Of a DNA stretch of 64,000 bases, positions 56,312-64,000 are shown piece after piece. Position numbers and translations under genes: made by a program. Location of the stretch: NCBI GenBank assembly GCA_009103225.1, contig RHPI01003389.1, forward strand, positions 911,162 to 975,161, given 5' to 3'. The notes under the pieces are model-generated. The model ran no database searches. It saw nothing but the letters and a program-made list of their open reading frames with translations, and had not been told where the DNA came from. Every line of letters starts with the position of its first letter. Position 1 is the first letter of the stretch. The DNA comes from Chlorokybus atmophyticus. Taxonomy: Eukaryota; Plantae; Mesostigma and Chlorokybus algae.

Positions 56312-57893
56312 CGGATGATGGCACGCAAGGGCACCAGGTCGATGACGGGTCGAATGTCAGGCTTGATGGGCCTGGGTTCGACTATGAGGCGGAGGACCAG
56401 GAGTCGAAGCCGGCGGCGGCGGCGGCGGCGGCGTGGCACATCTTGCGAGAAGTTGTGGTCGTAAGAGTTCAAGCAGCGAAGCCAACTACTACCGGTCGCC
56501 ACGTCATGGATCATGGCAGGCGTCAGCAATGGGGCTGTCCAACATGCATCACGAACATTGGACAAACCAGCAGGCAAGCCATTAATGACCATCTTCACAC
56601 AGAGAGCTGCTTGGTGGCTCGCTTTCTGCAACAAGGAGTGGATCAGGAGCTGCAGTCCTTGGAGCCCCTTGTCAGAACCGTGCGGACCCAATTGCGGCTG
56701 TGGGAACAAGCACAAAGCAATGCAGAAGTACGCTCAACAATCACATGCATTTCCTTGCAAGAGCAATTTGTTTTTCAGCGCACTCCATGTGATATATGTA
56801 GCGTGGCTGCAGGCCTCCACTATTCACCCATACCCACCCTACAGTCAAGCCGACATTGCGGAAGCCAGAGCAGATAGACAGAGCTGGGCGGCGGTATGTT
56901 GTTGCCACTCTCGCTGTGCATGTTGACTGCATGCACCTCCAATGCATGCCTACCTTTACATGCTAGGATGTGCGTGAGCATGCGAAATCGCGCGCGCGTG
57001 CCGAACGAAGTAGGCCGGGTTTGAGCACAGGAGAGCGTGGCCATTCGTCCGGCATTCAACCAATCGTGCATCAACAAGCAATGACGCAGTCCATGCAATC
57101 ATTCGTGCATGAACCATTAATGCCGCAGGTGATTGTTCAAAGCAACCAACTGATAACGGTGTGACGCAGTTGACTATTGCAATTGCAGTGTCGCAAGCAT
57201 GCAGCTAACCCACATGTGATTGGTTAACAGCACCACAGTGCACTAGGTCCTGTTGGAGCTCATATGCAAGCCTGGATTCAATCCCATCAACTGGTCCTTC
57301 AATCCCACTTGCTGATGGGCGCGGCGGCAATGCAGCATCAGTTTAACATGCATGTTGGCCTATTGAATCCCGACATGTCCAATGGGGCAGTGGCGCATGA
57401 TGTGCCCATGGCTCGCAAGCTCCGTGACGAGTCTGCGATCGAGGGTGGCGGGGAGAGTGCACCCAATACCATCTTGTCAGCCCCCATGGCTTCCCCTGCT
57501 CCATGCAGCCCACGGGCCATTGAGGTAAGTCGCTGTCTTTTATGCTCGTGCCTTGGTAACAATGCGTCAGGCACTGCATAAGCTTATATTTCCTTTGCAA
57601 CATTGTGAGCCATCTTATCCTGGGTCCTGTATACAGCCCCCCCCTTGCTGCATGCACAAGTGGTCTCACCTGCAGCTCCTGCTCCCCTCGCAGCCAGAGC
57701 GCAACCACCTTCCGCGGCACCAGTCCTTCATGCACTGCCATCTCCTCCACGAGCAGCACCGGTGATTGCGGGGCAACAATCCTTCTTGCCGCCACCGGCG
57801 AGACCACAGCACAATGCAACAACCGATGTGGCTTCTGCACCTACCTTACCCCACCCGCTGCAAGTTGAAGCCGGCAGTCTGCCCCAAACTCAG
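56312..57893 (+). pseudogene. Exons encoding a C2HC-type Zn-finger-like motif and a Pro/Ala-rich linker; probably the 5' part of the OTU gene
   Basis: WGCPTCITNIGQTSRQAINDHLHTESC, followed by GT-AG-bounded segments. Some junction phases do not reconcile and no clean start was found. Confidence 0.45.
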
Positions 57894-57955
57894 GTACTTT
57901 ATCAGTCACTGTGACTCTTGCCGTCCACACGCATACGGCCATCAATCATGCTAGG

Positions 57956-58655
57956 TGGCCAGCTCGCCTCATGGGACCACTTCAATGCGCCAACGGATGG
58001 TAATTGCTTCTACCATTGTGTATTTCGCGCCAGGCCATCCATAGCGCAAAGTGTCCTGGATGATCACAAGTGCCCCAGCTCGAGCAGATTTTGGGCCATG
58101 CTGGACACCATGGACGACGACGGCAGGGGGCACACTCTCCGCAAAATCACCGCCAAGGCTGTCGATGCAGGCGTGGCGAGCAGAATCTTAGACTTCTGCA
58201 GAGCCACTGGTGCCGCGGGAGAGATGGCACAATATTACGACAAATTGCCTGCGACCATGTTGGCTGATATCATTTGCAACATTGACCTAGCCATGGCCAA
58301 GGTGCGACAGATCGTGCGGAGAAAAGATGTGTACGTCGAGCACCTGCAGATGACCATGTTTGCCAACAAGCTGGGCTTGTTGATTGGCTGCGTGACCGTT
58401 CAGCGCGAGCATGGGGAGTGGGTGCCACGGCCCGGCAGCGCAGTTTGGGTTGGAACTACAGAAGCCCCCAACTCAGTCCTGGTGGTGGGCAACACTGCTC
58501 CTAATGAGCTAGAAGCACACTTTTGGCTCCTCAAGCCTGCAAGCACCGAACAGTGGTCGTGGCCTATGCATGAAGTGCCACCGGAGGTAATACACCTGAT
58601 CGGAGAGTGGCGGAATGGCGTTGCCAATTCCCCGCTACCACCGGCTGTGACTTAG
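57956..58655 (+). CDS. OTU-like cysteine protease (deubiquitinase fold) coding segment
   Basis: Cys box APTDGNCFYHCV, a central YVEHLQMTMFANKLGLLIGCV helix and His box AHFWLL, within an open 245-codon frame. Confidence 0.75.
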
Positions 58656-58711
58656 AGTGCTGCGCCAATGCCTCAGGCCTCGCATTCGTGTGCTAGGCAA
58701 GAAGTAGCCGA

Positions 58712-60263
58712 GTGTTCTGCACATCCTGCCTCCCCTCAACCACAGCCACATGCTCGCAATTCAGCACCTCCCTTCCTGCCGCGGAGACTCACTTGCCACC
58801 GCACTCTGACCATCCGGAGGCATTTCCATCAAGAAGCAGCTGTAGCTCGCCCTCTCCCTCTAAGCTTGCCACATTGATCCCAGCCTGTCTTGTTGGTAAA
58901 GAGATTGATAGAGGTGTCCTGAAAGCTGCGCTGAAAGACAAAAGCTTCATGCTCGACCTCATGAAGCAACATGAGGTTGTGGAGGAACGGGAGGCAACCA
59001 ACAAGCGCAAGGCTATGGAGCAAGAAGATAACGCCTTATCTCCTCTGAGTGACAGTGCCACGGAGAGCGCCTGCCAAGATGTGCAGGTTGACAAGAAAAA
59101 GAAGAAGAAGGTTGTTGGAACAAAAGACGCTGACAGGACCAAAAAAGGAAAGGTGAGGCATCGTTACAACGTTAGAAGAAGCACAGCGCCTTGAAGCCTC
59201 ACTGGGGCTGACTGTGTGTCCTAAGTAGGCACAGGCGGCTTTACAGCGTCAAGTGGCTGCTCAGCATCGTCCAGAGAGACAGCCGGTGCGGCACGAGCTG
59301 CCCAAGCTCAAAGCACCGACGCGCAGACGCTTTGAGGGGCTGACTCGTAGTGCAAAGAAGTTGATCGCCCTACAATACGCCCAAGACGCGCTGCATCACC
59401 GCATGCGGCATGCCTCGAGGTGGGTGACGAAAGTATGCAATAAGTGGGAGCAAACGCGGAGAGTGCGGTCTAAACAGACCTCTGGGGATTGGCCGTGGTT
59501 GGAACCCATACACAATATGGCCATCCATAGTACGTTGTTGCCCCTCGCCGTCCTCGATATGATGGTGTTGCTGCCGCAGCAACCCGGCAATGTGCAAGAG
59601 CTATCTGCGGAGCAGAACTTCGACCTGCTGCAGCAGATGTACCTGTCGATATCGACTGATGCGGGTCGAGATGTGTGCCACTACCTGAGCAAACATACTG
59701 GGTGGCAAGTAAAACCATTCGAGCTGTACTTGGCATGCTTTGGTTGGCAGTGGCTGTATGTCATACGGCACGTCGAGCTTATTCTGTGGAAGCTCGAAGA
59801 AAATGACGATGCGGGGGAGTACACGAGTGACGACAGCCATGTCGAGGGCCTGGATGAACGCATGCTGGACGAGACCGCCAAGACCAGCAGGTGGTGTATG
59901 GCGGCAGATGGGCAACAGGTGATCAAGCAGGCAGTGGAGCGTTATGCCGCGCCATTCAGGTGGGAGTCGCTACGCTTGCAACGCGATAACAGAGTTTGGT
60001 GGCAGAGGCAGCTTGCACACCCGCGTGCACCATGTGTGCTAATTTGTCGCATTGAAGAGCCCCCCCCCCCCCCCCCCCCCCNGGAGACGCCCTGTTGCAA
60101 GAAAGCGATGTGCCATGTCTGCATCATAGCACATCAGAAGACTGTGGCAAATAAATCAAAGAATCTATAAGCATGTCCCTTTTGCAAGCAACCTCACCCG
60201 TTTTGGTCGCCACGCCTGATGCAAGACGCCAACGTGTCGGCGGTGATTTGGCCCCCGCCTTGA
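58712..60263 (+). pseudogene. NLS - unknown helical domain - RING-like finger, premature TAA inside the finger; may be spliced to the OTU segment
   Basis: KKKKKK NLS-like tract. Intron 59154-59229 joins in frame. C-terminal CVLIC...PCCKKAMCHVC...*ACPFC is a RING-like Cys pattern interrupted by TAA at 60168-60170 and by a poly-C/N assembly defect at 60060-60082. Confidence 0.6.
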
Positions 60264-60653
60264 TGCCAGTTGCATGTATTGTAGTTTTGTGTTGGCTTCC
60301 TGTGAACCATGTAGATACATGTATGGTTGCAGCATGGTGCATGGTGCACCAGAGATCTGCTGTTGTCAGAAGCATTGGATGTACATGTGTATGATGACTG
60401 CCCGGCGCATGAGTCAGTGCATGGCTTGCATACCTCGCTGGTTTAGAGCGTGGTTGACAGCAACAAACTCGGACAACGCTCTGGGTTCCATGGCATGATA
60501 GCACAGTATTACTCTACGATCGTGGTAGTATGCGAGTATCCTTGTACTGTAGTATCATTAACAGATGGAGTACCATTCATGTTGATGCAGTATCATGCAT
60601 GGTACTGCAATAGCGTATAAGGTACAGTCGTGCTTCACTTGAAGTTTGACCCA

Positions 60654-60701
60654 TTTAGGGTTCGTAAGATGGCAACCCTAAATTGATGCCCATACCCTAA
60701 A
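60654..60701. promoter_or_regulatory. Three telo-box-like motifs upstream of the DNMT start
   Basis: TTTAGGGTT (60654), AACCCTAAA (60674) and ACCCTAAA (60694) within 48 bp, 44 bp before the ATG at 60745. Confidence 0.5.
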
Positions 60702-60744
60702 GTCTCGCTCAGTTTGTGGGCAGCCGTGCCGATTCCTATTTTGC

Positions 60745-62469
60745 ATGATGTCGGCGGCAGCAGTTGAATCCCCCTCACCTAGGAGACCATGCTTGGTGTG
60801 CCCACAATGCAATGCGTACGTATGTGCCAATGGCCGTAGGCAGCAAATGCGAGCACACTTAACCGAATGCCAGCGAGTGCAGACAGTGTGCCACGGTTTT
60901 AGTGCTGCTTGCTGGCATTACACCACACACAATGTCGACGTGTTTGGCTGCCGCCTCGGCCAAGATCTGTGCAAGGAACCCGAGTTTTTCCATTGCGTGC
61001 AGTGCGTGTGCAAATCGTGCTCGCGCTCATGCTTCGAGTGGCGAGGGGAACCCATGCGCTTCTTCACATGGACAACACCGGAACATGTGGTTAGTGGACA
61101 GGTGGTAGATGCTGTGGAGGTAATTTGGCAGAGTGGACCGCGACGTATCACTGCATGTTATGTTGGGCGTATGCTTATATCATGCATGTTGAAGCTGTTG
61201 TCGCATTCGAAGCAGTCTTCCACGGTGTGGGCGTGGGCAGTTCCATCCCCTGGCCGCTGTAGAGGAGGCAGACCATCAACCGTTCGACAGCGCACTGCAT
61301 TGGCTGCGGAACGCAGTTAAGTTGGGATGCGAGCAGCTGATTGGTGTGAGTGTCATGGTGCATGGGCCGCTGGATGGGGAATGGTATGCGGGCGTTGTGG
61401 AATCATTGAAGCAAGCGTTAGGTCAGCATCACTTCGTGGCGTGCGAGATTGAGGACGCATCATATATGCATGGAGCAATGGAAAATGTCTTTGCAGGGCA
61501 GCACCGTATAGTATTCGATGATGGTGATCGACCACAAACCATCAACTTCAAAGGGCACAACGTATTCGCGTACACATCAGTTGACGGGGCACGCCATGTT
61601 CTGCGCGTCGGAGGGGAGAACGTCAGTCGCACAGTAAGCCCGGAAGGCATCATTGTTAGTCCCTGGCCAGCACCACGGCTAGCCTTGACCACATACACGC
61701 CATCTGACAACATGCTTGGACGCACACGCAGACCAAGGGCACTCGACCTATTCTGCGGCGGTGGCAGTGCCAGTGGCGGTCTATACCACGCAGGCTTTGA
61801 CGTGACCGGGATGGACATAAGTCCCTCCTCTGAGTACCCGCTGCCCTTCATACACCGCGATGTGTGCACCCTGAGTGCAGGAGAGCTGAGCGAGGACGAG
61901 CTCATCTGAGCCAGTCCACCATGCCAGGCCTGTTCAGGTGCTATCCCGGCACCTCAACGGGCGGCACATGGCACATCCTGGAGACATCAGGTATGATACC
62001 GCTCGTCCAACGTCTGCTGCTTGCAAGCCAGGTCAAGTTTGTGATTGAGAATGTGCTAGGAGCAGCTTCCTCATTCAGACCCAATCTGTCCCTTTGTGGC
62101 ACGATGTTTGGCCTATCAACTTTCCGACACCGTCTGTTTGAGACACAGACAGTGGTAGCTACCCCACCAGCACGCTGCTCGCACGCGGGCAAGGCAGTTG
62201 GACTGCTATCGTCGCACCTGTTCGCTAGCGCGAAGAAGACAATCGTGACATCAAATGCGCTACAGCAGATGTACCCGGTTTATGGCCTTCCAAGCACCAG
62301 GGGCGGCATTGCTGCGTGGCAAACAGCGCTGGGAGTGCCATGGACGGCCGTTTCCATAGCGAATGCAGTTCCTCCCGCAATGGCGGAGTGCATAGGGCGT
62401 CTCATGCTTGAAACAATGGATATGCGCTGTGACTACCCTCCTGTGTTATGGAACTTGTTGAAGGACTAG
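60745..62469 (+). pseudogene. Cys-rich / Tudor-like / C5 cytosine DNA methyltransferase, with a nonsense codon and a frame break
   Basis: Motif I ALDLFCGGGSASGG, II GMDI, IV I*ASPPCQ, VI FVIENV, VIII FRHRLFE, X IANAVPPAMAECIG. Tudor-like LIGVSVMVHGPLDGEWYAGVVESLKQALG|QHRIVFDDGD after removing intron 61422-61496. Intron 61120-61321 links the Cys-rich exon in frame. TGA at 61907-61909; frame change near 61940-61990. Confidence 0.88.
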
Positions 62470-62710
62470 CATGCACATGTAGCTGAGGCAAGCATGGATA
62501 CACACGGACAGAGCTACCGCCACCAGAGCATACACAAGTCACATCACATTCATCTATTACAAGTTGTCCGCTGGTTCTTATACCAGCCAGTTACACACAC
62601 GTCTACGTTTGCAAGCACTGCGTAAGCTATACTCAGCCTTTTGACGCGCTCTAAGCTGCGTTGTCTTTCTCACAACCAGAGCTTTCCAACAAGCTCTTAC
62701 ACGCCAAATA

Positions 62711-64000
62711 TGAGTAAGTATACGCGGAGATACAAAGCAGTTAGTAAGGCTCCAGTCTGGAGTCCGGAGTCTGGTCCGACGATGCCATCTTGCTAAGTCC
62801 GGACCTAGTGCTCGTCCTTACGACCTTCTACTCCTGTGTGGAGGGTCGATGCTGATCGTATGTAGGAATACTCTCAACACTCCCACGCGAGCAGCTTGAC
62901 CTCCAACGCTTGCTCCTGTAGTCAAACACAGATGCCAAGTCCTGCACAACAAGTCTTGAACTTGAGTGGTGACAATGGCTTTGTCATGAAGTCCGCCAGC
63001 ATGCCCTCAGTGTTGCAGTACTGGAACTCCACCTCCTTCCTTGTGACTCTGTCACGCACAAAGTGATGCATGACATCAATGTGCTTCGTCCTTGCCGAGG
63101 CGATAGGGTGCTTCAACAACTTGATGGCTCCTTGGTTGTCACAGTTGATGACGATGCACGCCATGGGGTGCTCCAAGTCTGCCATGAGCTTGCGAAGCCA
63201 GAGTGCCTCCTTCACTGCTGCTGCCGCTGCCATGTACTCAGCCTCTGATGTAGATGCTGCTGTTGTTGGCTGCAGCCTGCTGTTCCAGCTCACCACGCCT
63301 CCGTTCAGCTTGAAGACGTAGCCTGTAGTGGACCTCCTGCTGTTGAGGTCACCAGCAAAGTCCGAGTCGCAGTAGCCCTCCAACTCAGTGCTCCCGCTCC
63401 CAAACTTGATGCCAACTGTTGCGCTCCCAGCAACATAGCGTAGTACTCCCTTTGCTGCTCTCCAGTGCTCCATGCTCGGTGCAGACATGTAGCGAGCAAG
63501 TACTCCCACAGCATGTGCAACATCGGGACGTGTGCACACTGCCAGATAGAGCATGCTGCCTACCAGCTCACCATATGGATACTGAGCCTTGTCGAGTACC
63601 TCCTCATCCTTTGCCTTGATGAGGGCAGTGCCAAGTGCCAACGGTGTGGTCTTGGTCTTCGCTTCAGTGAGCCCAAACTTGGTGACGAGTCTTCTCACCA
63701 TCTGCTCCTGACTGATCTTGATTGTGCGAGCCGCCCTGTCGCGCTCAATCACCATGCCAAGGAACCACTTGGCCTCTCCAAGATCACGAACTGAGAATGC
63801 TTGCTGTAGAGCAAGTTTCGTCTCCTGCAGGTGGTGCACCTGCCTGGCGGTGATGATGATATCATCAACATACACGAGCAGCCAGACCTTGTTGTCTGCA
63901 TGGATGAAGAGCCCAGGGTCTGCAGAGGATGCGGTGAAGCCAAGTGCCTCCAGCTCCTTGGTGAGCTTGATGTGCCACATACGCGGTGCCTGTCGCAGCC
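62711..64000 (-). mobile_element. Ty1/Copia LTR retrotransposon, 3' part (RT, RNase H, PPT, probable 3' LTR ~62711-62879); continues off window
   Basis: Uninterrupted ORF from >63980 to 62922 with LLVYVDDIII, GYCDSDFAGD, SEAEYMAA, CDNQGAI, KHIDVMHHFVRD and ADFMTK. A PPT ending GTGGGAG is followed by TGTTG on the minus strand. The far LTR boundary is a guess. Confidence 0.93.

Larger units (their letters stand above)
53258..62469. mobile_element. Putative large DNA transposon (CGTCGCAA terminus) carrying orphan, OTU/RING and Tudor-DNMT genes; other end not in window
   Basis: Terminus CGTCGCAATATGTTTTCCCTGCCGGCCGAC at 53258 truncates gag. It is followed by a 53-bp array and the gene cassette, whose promoter shares ATGGTACGA arrays with the non-autonomous copies. 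Continuity of terminus and cassette is inferred. Confidence 0.55.

Noticed and set aside
61907-61909. TGA read-through or code reassignment rescuing the DNMT
   Set aside because: Host genes here use TGA as a normal stop (NDA, RAD54B, BAM), and the DNMT also has a frame break. TGG-to-TGA mutation is simpler.
61938-61990. 53-nt intron that would repair the DNMT frame
   Set aside because: It does restore frame, but has a weak donor, no pyrimidine tract, and removes the segment normally following PCQ. A 1-nt deletion is at least as likely; left unresolved.
53258-62469. Endogenous giant virus origin of the OTU/RING/DNMT cluster
   Set aside because: No NCLDV hallmark genes seen, the genes have several spliceosomal introns, and the region is bounded by a TIR-family end. 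Not excluded as the ultimate source of the domains.

Overview
Eukaryotic nuclear DNA with many GT-AG introns rich in TG/CA. The gene set (DUF760, DUF4057, FLOE/DUF1421, NDA with a plant-type PTS1, ClpP3) points to a green plant lineage, most consistent with a streptophyte alga; the species cannot be determined from sequence. All splicing and alignments were done by eye, without tools. Positions 1-38 kb are gene-dense, with ten host genes: DUF760 protein, MiaB, GONST-type GDP-mannose transporter, DUF4057 protein, ClpP3, NDA-type NAD(P)H dehydrogenase, a single-TM protein, FLOE, RAD54B and beta-amylase. Positions 38-64 kb are a nested transposon landscape: a ~530-bp TRIM with 89-bp LTRs, pogo-like MITEs, a decayed chromovirus (Ty3/Gypsy), the 3' end of an apparently intact Copia, and several copies of an unclassified short-TIR family ending CGTCGCAA. 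The most notable signal starts at 53258, where a terminus of that family cuts the Gypsy gag. It is followed by a 53-bp tandem array and an intron-containing cassette: an orphan gene, a Zn-finger/OTU-like/RING gene region, and a Cys-rich/Tudor-like/C5 DNA methyltransferase gene. The divergent promoter of the cassette carries palindromic ATGGTACGA arrays that also occur in the non-autonomous copies. I infer a large DNA transposon carrying chromatin-modifying cargo. This copy is decayed, and its transposase and second terminus are not visible in the window.
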